Source of the DNA: Ginglymostoma cirratum
Lineage: Eukaryota
NCBI GenBank assembly: GCA_024137785.1
Contig: JAHRHZ010000035.1
Location: 13,615,010 to 13,679,009 of the forward strand
Length of the DNA stretch: 64,000 nt
Direction: 5' to 3'
Part shown: in pieces, positions 12,215 through 26,433 of the stretch
Layout: each line of letters opens with the position of its first letter
Numbering within the stretch: position 1 is the stretch's first letter
Program-made: the position numbers and the translations under genes
The notes under the pieces: generated by a model
What the model saw: the letters and a program-made list of their open reading frames with translations, nothing else
Database searches by the model: none
Told to the model about the DNA's origin: nothing

Positions 12215-12504
12215 AGCAATGTTGCAATGGAGGTAATGTGACTGCACCAGTAATTTAAAGACCCAGACTAATGTTCTTGGTGCATTGGTTTAAATCCCTC
12301 CCCAGCAGCTGGTGAGATTTAAATGCAATTTATTAATAAGATTCAAGAATTGAAATTTAGTCTCAGTAATAGTGACCGTAATACTATCAAGAATTGTTTA
12401 GAAAGCCCACATTGTCTATTAATGTCCTTTAGGGAAGGAATTCTGCTGTCCTTACATAATCCAGCCTGCATGTGACTCCAGACCCATAGCAATATTATTG
12501 ACTA
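12215..12504 (+). mobile_element. tRNA-derived SINE, 5' part; 3' part resumes at 15444-15560
   Basis: ..TGTGACTCCAGACCCATAGCAAT..TTGACT joins AACTGCACTCTGAAATGAGCTAGCAAGCCAC..TTAGGGATGGG; an inverted copy lies at 42195-42552. Confidence 0.75.
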
Positions 12505-15443
12505 TACAAAATACAATACAATACAGCATGGAATCAGGTTGTTTGGCCCACCAAGCTTGAGCTGATTCTTAATCATTATTTAGACCCGCTACTTATTGCT
12601 TATACATGGTTTCTGTCCCTCTGACCGCCTCCCATTCCTTGTGTCTATCAAGATACACCTTAAAAGTTGCTAATGTTCCTGCTTTCACTACCTCCACTGG
12701 CAGTGTGTTCCAGGCACCCACCGCACTCTGTGTGAAAGATTTTCCCAGCACTTATCCCCTAAACTTTCCCCCTGTCATCTTGAACCTGTGCCGTCTTGTA
12801 GTCAACCTTTCCACCCTGGGGAAAAAAGCCTCTGATTATTCACCCTATCTATGCTTCTTTTAATTTTGTAGACATTTATCAGGATACTCCTCAATTTTTC
12901 CAATGAAAACAATCCCATTTTATCCAACACCTTCGCATGACTAAAGCTCCACGAACCAGGCAACATCCTGGTAAACCTTCTCTGCATCCTCTCCAAAACA
13001 TCTATGTCCTTCTAATACTGCGGCAACCAGAACTGCACACAATATTCAAAATGAGGCCTAACTAAAGTTTTATACTGCTGTAACATTTCTTGCTAATTTT
13101 TATATTTGATGCCCCGGCCTATGAAGGCAAGCATGCTGTGTGTCTTCTTGACCACCTCATCAATGTGTGTTGTCATTTCAGGACAAGGACACTGACATTT
13201 GTTGTATAATTCATACCTGAATTTGATCTTCCAAAATGTATCACCTCATATTTGTCTGGATTAAACTCCATCTGCCATTTCTCTACCCAAATCTGCACTC
13301 TATCTATATCCCACTGTATACTTCGACAAATCTCCTCATTATCTGCAACTCCACAAATTTTGGTGTCATCTGCAAACTTAGCAATCAGACCACCTACATT
13401 TTCCTCCAGATCATTTATATATATAAAACAAACAACAAAGGTCCCAGCACTGATCCCTCTGGAAATCCATTAGTTACTGATCTCCATTCCGTAAAGGACT
13501 CTTCCACTGCTACTCTCTGTCATGTATTTCCAAGCGAATTACATATCCATCTAGACAGGTCACCCCAAATCCCATGAGACGCTATCTTTTGTACTAGCCT
13601 GCCATGAGACATGTTATTAAATGCCTTACTAAAGTCCATGCAGACAACATCCACTGCCCTTCCTCATCAATCATTCTTGTCACCTCCTCAAAAAAACTCA
13701 ATTCACTTGGTGAGACATGACCTTCCCCACACAAACGCATGTTGCCTATTGCTAACAAGTCTATTAACTTCCAAATGTGAATAAATCAGTAACATCTCCA
13801 ACAGCTTCCTCATAACTGACGTCAGGCTTATCGGCCTGTAATTATCAGGATGATCTGTCTCCCTTCTTAAACAAAGGAACAACATTGGCCATTCTCCAGT
13901 CCTCTGGACCCTCACCTGAGTCCAAAGAGGATGCTAAGATATTTATTAAGGCACCAGCTATTTCCTCCCTTGCCTCTCAAGGTATCCTCAGATAGATCCC
14001 TTCTGGGCATGGTGTCTTGTCTACCTTAATGCATTTCAAGACACCCAAAACTTTCGCCTTCATTATATTGGTCTGCTAAAGAGTATTGACATAGCCTTCC
14101 TTAATCTAAACATCCCTCATGTCCATCTCTTTGGTGAAAACTGATGTAAAGTACTCATTAAGAATCTCACCTATTCCTCTGTCTCCACACTTAACCTCCC
14201 TCCTTTATCCTTGAGTGGGGCTTACTCTTTCCTTAGCTACCCTCTTGCTCCTAATATCGGTATAAAATGTCCCTGGGATCCCCCTTAACCCTGCTGGTTG
14301 AGGATATTTCTTGGCCCCTTTTAGCTCTCCTCATGCTCCGTTTGAGCTCCTTTCTAATGTCTCTATATTCTTCAAGGACTTTATTTTTAGTTTCTTAGAC
14401 CTCAGGTATACTTCCATTTTTCTGACTAAGCAGACAATTTCCCCTGCCATTCAAGGTTTCTGAACCCTGCTATTCCTGTCATTCATTTTCGCAGGAACAT
14501 GTCGGTCCTGCACTCTAAGCAACTGATCTTTAAAAGACTCCCACATGTCAGATGTGGGTTTATCCTCAAATGGCCATTCCTAATTCATATTATCCAGATT
14601 TTGCCTAATTTGGTTATAGTTGGCCTTACCTCCAATTTACAGCTTCATCCAAGGTCCACTCTTGTCCTTATCCATAAGTATCTGAAAATTTGTAGAATTA
14701 AGTTCCCTATTCCCAAAATGTGCCCCCACTGAAACTTTGATCACCTGGCTAGGCTCATTTCCCAATACCAGGTCGAGTATGGCCCCTCCTTTGTTGGCCT
14801 ATCCACATACTGTTTCTAAAAAAACCCTCATGGACACACTTAGCAAATTACTCCCCATCTAAACAGCTGGCACTACGGAAATCCCAATCAATATGGGGCA
14901 GGTTAAAACCATCCACCACAACAACCCTGTTATTTTAACATCTTTCCAGAATCTGACTACATATCTCTTCCTCTATCTCCTGCTTGTAGCTTGGGTGGTC
15001 TGTAGTACAATCCCAGCATTATGATTGCACCCTTCCTATTCCTGAGCTGTACCCATAATTGCAAGATCCCTCCACGGTGTCCTTCCTCAGCACAGCTGTT
15101 ATATGCTCCCTCACCAGTAATGCAATTCCCCCAACTTCTTTTGTCTCCTCTTTCTTGTCTAAAACATCTATATCCTGGAACGTTAAGCTTCCAATCCTGT
15201 CCCTCATTCAAACATGTCTCTGTGATAGCAACAACAACATAATTGCATGCATTGACCCAGGTTCTAAATCCCTCCTGTTATATATCTTGCATTTAAGCAA
15301 AGACAGTTCAAGCCTCCAGTTCTGCTGAGCTCAGCAACCTCTCCCTGACTGCTTTTCCTCTTAGCTACATTTGCCTTAATGTAAAGCTTTTCCCTAGTTT
15401 TGATGTTTACTGACCTGCTGCTCGGGTTCCCATCAGGACTCCG
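12505..15443 (-). mobile_element. ~2.9-kb CR1 LINE (endonuclease to RT C-terminus, decayed) inserted into a SINE
   Basis: Minus-strand motifs LNCLCLNAR, GQDWKLNVPGYRCFR, GGIALLVRE, LGLYYRPP, NYRPISLTSV..KLLE, ERMQRRFTRMLPG. (TATTG)n tail at about 12505-12525; possible GACTA TSD (12500-12504 and 15444-15448). Confidence 0.92.
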
Positions 15444-16109
15444 GACTAATAACTGCACTCTGAAATGAGCTAGCAAGCCACTGAGTTCAAGGACAGTTAG
15501 GGATGGGAAACAGATACTGACCTCATTATCAATTCCCATGTCCAATGAAAGAATTAAAAACTGTAGTTTGTGCTGCTTGATCACAGGCAAGTACCCTGCT
15601 CGATTTCCTGCATCTTTTCATTTTATGACTTAATAATATGCTGCCTTGAGAGAATTATAAAGTACTTTATTTGAATTTATTGTCAATGTTTTGATATTTT
15701 GATCGGATTGTCAATTTGTTTTCGATTTACTTCTCTTGGCCTCGTGGTGTACAAGTCCCCAACTCCCACACTACAATTTTCCTTCTCCTGGCCCCACTGC
15801 TAACATTTATTTAGTGTCTCACCCTTCCTATTAGTAAACACTTGGGCTCCAACTTTCATAACCGCACAATCAGCCCATCCCAGCCTGGCCTCTTGACTGG
15901 AATCCAGACCAAATTTACACTTCTCTGGGTCTCTTAATTCCACGCATCAGGTTTCAACATGTCCATGATCCTCATTCTCTGCCTTAACCCAAGTTTTCTC
16001 TCATGCTTCTTGACATTCATAACTCCGAACCTAAACTCGTAGATTGTGGTCTCCTAAATTCATATTCGTGAATTGCGGCCTTATTTTCTCTGGTTTCCTA
16101 ACCCATATA

Positions 16110-16490
16110 AAAAATGTGGCCACGGAGGTAAATTTCGAGGAGACTCTAATGGGAGGAGAAGGATTCAAGCTTTAAAGAAGCGATTGCAGAGTTAGGAACC
16201 TATACCACTGAAGTCTTAGTTGTAAATGGTGGGCAAAGAGTTTGGGGTTGGGGGGTATGGGTGGAGTACGCACAACAGGCCAAAGGTAGAAGGGCAGACA
16301 ATTTGTGGGAAGAATTGCTGATTTGGAGTAAGTTACAGAAAGAGGGAAAGCTGAGGCTATAAAGGCTTCTAAATATGATATTGAGAATTTTAAATTACAG
16401 GTGCCAAGGTCTTGGGCACCAAAGTAGCTCAATTAGGGCATGGATGATGAGTGAGAGACTTGAAATAAGGCATAGTGACTATTGTTTTGG
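16110..16490 (-). mobile_element. L2-like LINE 3' remnant
   Basis: Degenerate purine-rich pattern like 31990-32490 (..CAGAGTTAGG..CTGAAG..GAGAATTTTAAATT). Confidence 0.45.
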
Positions 16491-16815
16491 ATGAACTAAT
16501 GATTATGGATCCTAAAGGGTCATGGTCAACAATATTGCTTTTAAATTGTGCACATGTAATTACACAGCAATCTGAAATTTACCATACATGTCGCACAGAA
16601 GTCATTCTCTTTAAGTCTTCGTGAGTGTGTGGCCAATATTACCATTGTTCAATTAAAGGCTTTCAGATATCTCTAATTGCTGAATCATGCATCTTTTGTG
16701 CTATTAGCTCAAACGACAAAACAAAGCCCTAGATTACTTTAAAAAAAAGGAGGAATATTATTGTATTTCTTGGGTGAATGTGGCAGTGAGGTTGAGAGTG
16801 CTCTTTCAACTTTAG

Positions 16816-16890
16816 AACTGAAATCTGAACTCGACCTCATCAGTTGGGTGAAAGTTTTGTCATTTGCTAATTCTAAGGATTCTACGTCAG
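16816..16890 (+). other. Candidate 75-nt internal exon (phase 1/1), unknown gene
   Basis: Acceptor CTCTTTCAACTTTAG, strong donor CAG|GTGAGT, a single open frame ELKSELDLISWVKVLSFANSKDSTS, in non-repetitive context. Confidence 0.25.
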
Positions 16891-18024
16891 GTGAGTTTGA
16901 GAAGATCTCACTGAATTGCCAAGGTAGCACAGCGCAAAACTATGTCAAATTTAATTAAATGAGCAATCATTCAAAAGTGCATTAATTGCTATTCAAAATG
17001 ACAACATTGCGAAATGTTAAATGGGGAGAAGTGGCTGAGTGTGCCCCACTTAAAATGTAACAATAGGCGAGTTCTCATTTACAATGCTTTTAACTATGAA
17101 ATGAGTGAGTCTGAATGCCTAACTTTCAGAATATGTTCATTGCATCGAAATAATGGTGCTATCTCATCAGACCACCAGCTCCCCCAGTCATTTGGAACCA
17201 AATCCCCATTCTACACCTCTCATATCACCTCCCCATACACCTCCCCCACTAAATCCAACCTGACCAAACTATCTCCTGACCCAAACTGACCACCCTCCAC
17301 CCCTAGACCCAACCACTACACCCCCGGAACTGCTTGCCAAATCCAATACCACTCCAAACGACCATAAACACTGCATCACTTCCCTTCGTCAACTTGCACA
17401 CTGGCAACCTAACCAGAAGTTATCCTACTAACATGGCACCCCAATTTATCTATACTCTGCCCCGGCACCCTATCCTTTCTCCAGCTGGCACTCTACCCAA
17501 CTGGCACCCTATTTAGTGGCACATTATCCCACTATCCATCTGACACATTACCTTCCCAACAGCCAAATGTCACATTGACATTTTGAGATTGCTGTTTGAC
17601 AGCAGCTATCAATGTGGCTGTCAGGACCTTCAAATTTCAGATTACAGCAGCAGACTATTGCAAAAGGGCAGGCAGCCTTCATCCTGCTGACAGTTCTGCA
17701 CAGTGGAAGAACTGTTAAAATGGAAGTTTGCTTCTGGATGTCTGAGGTAGCCCCAAGCAGCTCTCCCCTTTCATAAAAAAATGAAAGGAATCTCTGCATG
17801 AGATTGCCACCTCTTGGTAAATTCAACCAAATATTTCTTACTTTGAGAGGTGTAAAATTGACAATTCAAAGGCTGCTATCTATTGGAATTATTTTTGATG
17901 TTGTGGCTAGATGCTAGGTTCATTTGTAACTGCTGTAAATAATGTATTTTAAATAAAAAATATGACAGAGCATAACCTTACATTTAGAGTTTTGCTCTGT
18001 AGGAGTGTCATCTCAAAGTAAGAT

Positions 18025-18220
18025 TTCACACAAGGCTGGTGGAATTTCTCCCCAGAATAGCTTGAGGGTGGGAGTCAGTTGAAATTTTCAAAATTAGAAT
18101 TGCTAGTTTTTTTTTAGACAAGGATATAAAAAGTTATGTAGTTAAGACAGGTAGATGAAATTAAGAAACAGATCATAGAATAGATTTGAGAGTTGACTAG
18201 ACCACTGTTTGTATGCTCTT
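18025..18220 (+). mobile_element. Old CR1 3' fragment
   Basis: ..GGTGGAATTTCTCCCCAG..TTTAGACAAGGATATAAAAGTTATG.. degenerate CR1 3' end. Confidence 0.55.
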
Positions 18221-19764
18221 TCCTTTGAGTTATTAGTTCATAGCATAATTGTGTTTTCAAAAGTTGGAAGTTAGGAATGAAGAAAAGACTGAAAAAAGTA
18301 GAAAATTCAAAAGTCTTGCGTTTGAGGGAATTTATGTTAGGGCAGGAGACTTCATTTAGCTGCGTGCATATGTGGGTAGAGGAAATTACTTAGAGCACCA
18401 TATTTGGATTTTAAAATGAATCAGAGTGAGATGATAATTTGGATGCTGACCACAGTGTTGTCTAGAAAGAGTGAGAGAGTCATCAAAGATTATGACAAAG
18501 AGAGAGAGCAGAGCCGAATGTTCAAAATATTTGCTATGCTTTTAAGGTAGAATAGAAAAACAAATTAGTGCTTTTTTTGATAGCATTGTTGCTTGCAACT
18601 CAATAGAGGACATTACACTATAATTTATGTTAAGACTAACAAGTACATTAAAATGATATTAGCAAATTTATTTTATGTTTACTCAGTATCTTAGAACATA
18701 ATGGTGCATAACTTTTACAGATCTATGAACAATAAAGCAATTATCATGTAAAATTTCGAAGAAGACAGCATTCTATTAAGACACTTCAGGTCTTCAGGAG
18801 TGGGTAGGTATTATTTCTGATTTCTGCAAGTTAGCTCTTGTCACCAACGATCTGAAATTGTAAAATGCAATAAAAGCACAACGTTGAAAACCATCAGTGC
18901 AGGCAATGTTAATATAACCTGTGAATGGTTAAAATTGCATCAGTTTAGATGTTAATGCTTATTTTGTCTGCCGCTGAAGGAAAATATGAAATAACTGAGA
19001 ATAAACTGAGGGACAGGTATCACACAGCTACTGCACTTAGACTAATCAAATGCAATCTTTTCCACTGCCTTCATTTTGTCAACAAAGTAACTTAAAACTG
19101 TGCCTGCTGGCTCGAGAATTCTCAAAACCTGCAGAGTCAACAGAAGCTAAATCATGATGGAATGGGTCTGACGCCTCACACACAGTCCTTCATTCAGCCC
19201 AAATTGCTTTGAAATGGATTCAAATTTAATCTTAAATATAATACATCACATATGTTTTGAGGTGTATTTCTTAGTAATGAAGTTGTATCTGTATGGCAGA
19301 AACAGAATAAAAGTCGCCTGTTTGCTGAAGGCCAGTAAACATAGTTTTAGTTAGCTCTGAGTCACACATTCATGCACTGAGATGTGTGCGTAAAAACCAT
19401 TAGTAGAACAAACAAGGTCACAAATGATCTTACAGATTAATGAAATATGTCTTTAACTTCATCACCTTGAATGCCTATATATTTCAAGTGCCAGGACATT
19501 TAAGGATACTAGGATTTAAAGCAAGGTGGTTACCAATGTGACTAAAGTAGTGAGCAAGTTATCTGGAACAGAACAATTGATGAATTTTGTTGCTTTATTT
19601 ATGCCTCAGTTCCATTCTTTTTCTTAATAAACCAAGATAGTTTTTTTTAGTCAAAGGAGATTCATGCTAGATAGTCCAGGCATCAATGGAATTGTGACTG
19701 GTGAGTCATAGAATAATACGACTTGGAGGGAGGGGCTTTTGCTTCATTGTGCCTGCACCTGCCC

Positions 19765-20165
19765 ACTAGAGTCAAAAAGTTCTACAGCACAGAGACAGGC
19801 CCTTCAGCCCAAAGTGGTCTATGCCGACCAAAATTTCCATCCATGATAACCACATTTCCCTGCACTCGCCCCATACCCTTTTAAACCTTTCCTATCTATG
19901 GCTTTTAAATGTTGTTAATGTACCTGCTTCAACCACTTCAGCTAGCAGCTCATTCGATATGTGTACCACCCTCTGTGTAAAAAAGTTGCCCCTCAGGTTC
20001 CCATTAAACCAATGCCCTCTAGTCCCAGATTCCCCAATCCTGAGGAAAAAAAAACTGAGTGCATTCTCCCTCTCCATGCATCTTGTGTTCTTGTACACTT
20101 CTGTAAGATGCCCCCTCAGTCTTCAATGGTCCAAAAAAAAGCCTGAGCTTGTCCAACCTTTCCCT
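19765..20165 (-). mobile_element. CR1 3' fragment
   Basis: Minus ORF 19892-20098 reads TRGH..LRGNFFTQRVVHISNEL..EVVEAGTLTTFK; tail CAGGCCCTTCAGCCC. Confidence 0.85.
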
Positions 20166-20199
20166 TTCCCCAGTTTCCTGACTCATCCTTTCTGACTTC

Positions 20200-21200
20200 T
20201 ACGCAATGAAATGCAGCCATTTATACAGTGAAGGATCTAAGATGTTTCATTTTTAACAGCCTTCTGAATTTGTTCTGGGACCTTCAAAGAAGTATGGATA
20301 CACACCCCCAAGTCTTTCTTTTCCTGCACCCCTTAACACTGTATTATTATGTTCCTACAGTATTGTTCCTTTTCATCCTTCCTACAAAAGTTTATAAATT
20401 TACACTACACTTCATTAAATTTTATCTGTGTAGTAACAGTCAATTTCACCAATCTATATTTTTATGTTTATCCTGTTACAATCTCCCTCATGTTTATTAT
20501 GTTTCTGAATTTCTGACCACTTGTAAATTTTGAAATTCTACTCTATATATCCAAATTCATGTCATTTATACACATCAATAAGTGCAATGGGTTTAATATG
20601 TTCAGGAATGCACCCTAGTGTAGTGGTTGTAACAAGGTCAGCCAGGTGGACCTCATAGAATATGAGTTCCTTGATTGAGGCAGTTAATCTGGTCCAATCA
20701 GGGTCCCCTCATTGACAGAGAAGAACTGGAGGGTCAGACATCCTGTTTACTCTGAGAGCTGGCTCTGAGGGAGCTGAATTGGTGTCAAGGGCTCTCCATG
20801 TGTAAATAAACAGTGACTTGGTGACAGTACCGACGTCTATGAAGCTATTTCACCTAGGACACTCTATCCTTCCCTCCAGCCCAAAAGATATTCATTCACC
20901 GGACATTACTCTCTGCTTTCTCTCTGTCAGCCAAGTTTGTTTCCACTTTGCAAATGATCTTTAATCTCATGAACTTCAACTTTGCCAACAGGTCTATTGT
21001 GTCCATAGTAAATTATGAAATTTTATAAGAATATCAGCCACACTATTCTCATTGACCCTCTCCATTCACCAAAAGACTCAGCTGAGTTAGCCAGTCACAA
21101 ATTACCACAAATCCATGATGGCTGTCCTTTATTAATCCATCCATTTCCAATTTACAAAGAATTATGTCTTGGATTAAACATTTACTTTGCTATCCAAAAA
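20200..21200 (-). mobile_element. Old CR1 RT remnant carrying a solo LTR
   Basis: Degenerate reverse-strand CR1 RT pattern on both sides of the LTR at 20619-20852. Confidence 0.55.
20619..20852 (+). mobile_element. Gypsy solo LTR
   Basis: TG..CA ends, homologous to 2226-2462; perfect 5-bp TSD CCTAG (20614-20618 and 20853-20857); AATAAA present. Confidence 0.93.
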
Positions 21201-23637
21201 TTGATTTCAATGATGAAGGATATTCAATGCTTTTAAATTTCTCAAATAAAAACAGGAAACACTGCAGGTCTGTCAGCATCTGTGGAGAGAGAAACAGACT
21301 TAACACTTCAGCCTTAACACTAACAATCCAGTGGGGCTCTTATTTGGGACTTTAAAATATCTAGCTTGCTTTCAATGAGAACATTTAAAAGCAATTGACT
21401 GCGTAACCCATCATTCCTGCTGCACACCAAAGTGTCCGATTGACTTGGTGTCACATTTCAACTGCTGATGTCCAAGAGGAAATCCATACCACAAAAACTT
21501 CAGGCTCTGTTGGCCAACTTTGTTTGAAGTTAACATGTGTGGTTACTTTGCTGCTCGTAGTCTCTGGACCGTAGTCTCTAAATTGTTCTAACTGTTGAAG
21601 GGCTGATCGGCTTAAGAGTCTTTTACTTTCAGTTGGAAATAAAGGAATCAAGGACTATGAGGTGGGGCAGGAAAGTAGAGTTAATGTGCAAGTTGAACCA
21701 TGATTTAATTGAATGATGAAACAATCTCAAAAGGCTACTGCTTTCTCATGTTTTTATGTTCCCCTGATGCATTTATTTCCCTTTTCATCACTGTGGTGCA
21801 ATATGGAAAAATGAAAAAGCCACGTTTATTTTTCCAAATTCACATAAATGGGGAAAACTTTGCAGTGTGAGTATGCTATCTGATTTCATAACTGCAATGC
21901 AAATTTATATTTATATTGCAGTTCTAACATACTAAAATATCCCAAATTAACAGGAACACTATAAAGCAAAAGTTGACAGTGAGCCATATGAGGCAATATT
22001 AGGGCAGATGGCCAAAGGTTTGATTAGGGGAAAAATGACCAAATGTCACAAAGTAGGCATCATCTGTACGTCAATGCAGTTGAGATTAAAAATACGCTGT
22101 GACTAAAGCTAATGTCTGCAGTCAATATTAGCTAATGGGTAACAGTTTGGTGCCTCAGCATTAATGTAGCTTTAAAGCATGTTTCCCAAATTCCAAATGT
22201 TCTGCTGAGTCTTAGAATCAAATGTTAATGTTTATTAAAATACTGAGGAATTGATTCTCTAAAGTTACTATTGATTCACTACAAACTTTAATTCATTTGT
22301 CATGTAAGGGCTTGTATTCTCTCCTGCACAAAGTTTTTAATCAAAAAATAAACTATTCCCTTCCCAACATTTCAGCCTGCTACATTTCATCTCAGTACTC
22401 CTCAAATTTGAGTGGTTCCCACTGTGCTATATCTTCTATATTCCCCCTCATTTCCTTTGTCATACCATCTTCTGATCTGATTTCAAAAGCCTATTTTTCT
22501 TCATAAACATTTCATTTTATCTTCCTTGCCCTGATCATACTCTGCTTTTACTTTCTTTCCTGTAGACATCAATTTTAAAAAATCTGAAAGAAAATGTGCA
22601 TTGTGCGTTCTGGTCTTCAATGTTACATCATGTCAATGTTACCCATGATAAAATGTCACTTTGGTAGCAGACAATATGCAGAAGCTCAACACGGAACAGA
22701 GCGGGAGATAGTATTAGGAGTATTTTGCTGTTTGAGTCAATACCTCAGACTGATACATTTGCATGCCTGACTTTGTTGGATATACTTGAGGAAGACAGGT
22801 TGGCGAATGATAGGAGAACAAATGTAATCTGAGATCATGAAAAGAGGTCCATTAGAATCCATAGCTACCCAAGGCTCCACATCTATTTCTGGCAAAAGAG
22901 ATACCACAACTCCTTCATGGAGAAGGCTACACTCATCGATAAACAATTATTGGTAAATTTCTGACTAATATTGTGCACTTCACAGCTTGACTGTCCCACT
23001 TGTTTAGTTTATTGAATATCATTCAGCACATGTTATTCACTTGAATCTTCAGTCATGAATCAACTTTTCCAAATGTTAAATGCAGCACAATATCAAAGAA
23101 GCATAGAGTGAAAGTTTTTTTTTTAAATCTACCTGTGATTTATGTGTAATGTGGTTGTCATTAGAGTAGAGGATCATTTGAAACCTCAATGGAGTGGTTG
23201 TCCCTCCCCTTTAATGAGTCACCCCCATGCCCAGGTTAGGGTACCATGCTCAGGATTAAGAACAATGCCCAATGGTAGAACTGATAGGTTTTCAATTATG
23301 ATGACTGACGAACTATAATCATAAGGCAAAGTAGCTGCCTATTGATGGATCCTCCAGGAAGAGGACTTGTGTTTCCTTTAAAACACACATGGGGTAGATA
23401 ACAGAATACCACATCATATTTTTTTTCCCTTGTTACATTTTTCATTAAAATTGAAAATAGTAGCATTCTATGAGCAAGTGAGGGGGAAAGCTCAAAACCC
23501 TGAAGAGTTGGAAAAGTAGAAAGGAATTACAAAATATATAGTTATTAGTTGTAACATTATAAAGCAGACATTACGACAAACCAACAGATTTTTGTATGTG
23601 TTTGCAAGCCCACAGCAAACAAATTGGCAAGCAAAAC

Positions 23638-23828
23638 TGTAGTGATTGTAATGAGGTCAGCCAGCTGGACATCATGGAATATGAGTTCCCTGATTGGGAC
23701 TGTTCATCTGGTCCAATCAGGGAGCCCTGGCTGACAGGTAGAAGAGGCAGTACTAAAATCAAGGACTGTTCATGTATAAATAAAGGGTGATTTGGTGACA
23801 GGATACCTGCCTCTGTGGAATTATCTCA
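23638..23828 (+). mobile_element. Gypsy solo LTR with internal deletion
   Basis: Homologous to 2226-2462; TSD AAAAC/AAAAT. Confidence 0.9.
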
Positions 23829-23979
23829 AAAATCTCAAAATTTGTATGTACTCAGCACACAGTCCTTAAAGGCAAACTCCTATGAAGGCAACATATATGT
23901 ATAACATTGCCCTGCTTATCCAAAAGAGGGTTTAACTATTTAGAATGGCAAGTAGGCCTAAGAATCTGTACCAGGCCTA

Positions 23980-24085
23980 TGGGTCAGAGGAAGGGTCAGT
24001 GGACCCTAAATGTTAACTGTGATTTTTTTCATCACAGCTGCTGTCAGACCTGCTGAGATTTTCCAACAACTTCTGTTTTTGTTCC
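23980..24085 (+). mobile_element. PLE family 2 terminal fragment with decayed hammerhead core
   Basis: CAGAGGA AGGGTCAGTGGACCC TAAA TGTT AACTG..CAGACCTGCTGAG..TTCTGTTTTTGTT. Confidence 0.7.
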
Positions 24086-24439
24086 ATTTAAATGATATAC
24101 CCAGATCCCAAACCAGTGGTTTTGCCTGGCAGTATTGTTGATTGCCACAGTCTTCAGGGATATTGTCTGTCATCCTGTTGGGGTTTCAAGTTTTTGTCTA
24201 ATGGATGACAGTAGCTGTTCCAGAATTTAGTTCTCCTGAGGCACAAGAGCCAAGGTTTGCGCCAAAGGAGCCATGGACAGATCTCTTTCTTCAATCTGTT
24301 TTACAATCTTCTTGGTATTCACTATTTTGCTAATTAAGAGTCTACAGCTCATTTGGAAGCTTCTAGTTTTACACTCTGGATTCAGCTATATCTATAAAAG
24401 TTCAGGCTTTACATTGATCCAGCAAGTTTCTCTTCTTCA

Positions 24440-24735
24440 TAACCTCCTACCCACCCCCCACCTACACTCACCTTTACTGGCTCCATCCCCGCCTCTTCGA
24501 CTTGTCTGCCTCCTCTCCACCTATCCTCTCCTCTATCCATCTTCTATCCACCTCCCCCTCTCTCCCTAGTTATTTCAGAACCCTCTTCCCCTCCCCCATT
24601 TCTGAAGAAGGGTCTAGGCCCGAAACGTCAAGCTTTCCTGCTCCTATGATGCTGCTTGGCCTGCTGTGTTCATCCAGCCCCACACCTTGTTATCTCGGAT
24701 TCTCCAGCATCTGCAGTACCTATTAGCTCTGATAC
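24440..24735 (+). mobile_element. PLE family 1 3'-terminal fragment
   Basis: Homologous to 29020-29346 and to the reverse complement of 26434-26720. Confidence 0.88.
24602..24629 (+). ncRNA. Minimal type I hammerhead ribozyme motif (PLE-associated), intact core
   Basis: CTGAAGA-A-GGG(TCTAGG)CCC-GAAA-CGTC: CUGANGA and GAAA boxes, stem II, palindromic ACGT helix III, GUC cleavage triplet; helix I is weak. Confidence 0.7.
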
Positions 24736-25199
24736 AATTTCCTCTGATAAGTGTTTAGCTTCTTTTTTCCCTTTGTACTTCCCTGAAGTCTGGACCACTT
24801 CCGTTTGTTGCTTCATGGTTTTTTTTTGTTTCCTTTTGATTTCTTTCACTAGAACATCATTACTGGAATTTATATCCAAAAGCACTGTTTGTTGAGTGAT
24901 TTGCAGCTCTTTGTTTTGTACACTGTGCAGCTCTACCTGTTTTTGCAAGTCTGTCATGTTTTCTAACAACACTTTGAGTTTAAACTGCAGTTCCCGCTAA
25001 GCTTAATTGGTTTTATGTGCGAGCTATTCCACATTTTCCAGTAAACAGGCAAACTTTTCATTGTATTAATAATATAGAAATTGTAGTTTATCCTGCAAGT
25101 GTAACGTTTTGGTTCCCTTGAATCTACAAATTTTAATCAAACTGTTCTGGATATATGTCAGTGTTAAGCCATGAATGGAAGAGATAGCTAAAAGTTTCT

Positions 25200-25390
25200 G
25201 AGGTTAATTGGCTGTCTGATGTCTAGCCACTTCCACTGATTATGACTATTGTTAGATCGCAGGATGCTGATAAACCTACAATTGATGTTTGAGCAGTGTC
25301 ACAGGTTAAACCATACACAACCAATATCTCTCTAATGAGACTGTAGTCCGACAGAGTCCTCTAGGACTTTGGTGACTCTACCTTTTACAA
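25200..25390 (+). mobile_element. Degenerate tRNA-derived SINE (same family as 30830-31050)
   Basis: ..CAGGTTAAACCA..TCTCTCTAATGAG..AGGACTTTGGTGACT. Confidence 0.55.
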
Positions 25391-26433
25391 TGTAGAACAT
25401 CTGCGATGTTCAGGTGGATTGTTTGCACCTGCAGATGGAATTAATGAACCATTGTATGCTGAAAAAGAATCACATTCATAGGAAGATATGATAAAACCGA
25501 TGTATTCTGGCACATGTTTATTAAAATCAACTGAGAGTGTATATTGGCACTTGCCTCTGTGTCAATCTTAATGAATAGTTACTAGTTTTTGAAGAAAAGG
25601 TAATGTGAACTTTTGATATGCTTCAGATGTTGTGAGATCATTGATGTTTTCCGCATGTGCTCACCACTCTCTGACTCATCCTGTTCATCATTCCATTCTG
25701 GTTTCTTGATCACTTTATTCATAATCCTCTGGGGGGTACCAGATGATCTTTTTTGAAGCTTGGCATTGATTACCAATGCATGATCTTTTGAGTTGGTGCA
25801 TGGAATGTTTAGCTGCATAAGCCTTTTCTCTAGTGCATAGCCTCTTCCAAAGTCCCCTACTGTCACATATCTTCCAAAACTGATTGAAAGCTGGAGATTA
25901 TCTTGGTGTGTGCAGAAGGATATAATTTCCATACGTCTCACTCTGGTCTGTCAAGTTTCTGCTTAGGACATTTGAACTATGCAAGGATTGCCATGTACTT
26001 ACAACTGTTCTTCAGTAACTCTTCAATGCTATATGTCCTCGGTTTGTTGAGTAAATCTTTCTAGAAAACTTGCATGTGGGGCTGGATATGATCTCCAACT
26101 CAACAATTCTGTTTGTTAGCTCTGCATAAGATGTCTATGGATTCTGTAGACTGCTACCTAAACTACATGAACTCTAGCTAATGAACATGGAAGTTTAAGC
26201 TGACACTGAATTGATCTAAAAAGATCAATATCTTTTAGGGACTTTTCGCTCTTCTAGGTGTTAATCTGAAGTGAGAGGTCTGTGCAGATGTTCTTTTAAA
26301 ATTGCTAAGCAAATCCGTGTTTCACGAAGTTGATCCCAGGTGTGGAAGGATTGTCTTAGAAGGAGAGGTTAAGTTAGTTGAATTTGTATTCTTTGGAGTA
26401 CAAACGAAGGAGAGGAGACATTATTGAAACATA

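Noticed and set aside
17170-17560. C-rich tract with short ORFs (and the G-rich tract at 51700-52200)
   Set aside because: Low-complexity sequence with no consistent period or protein motif.
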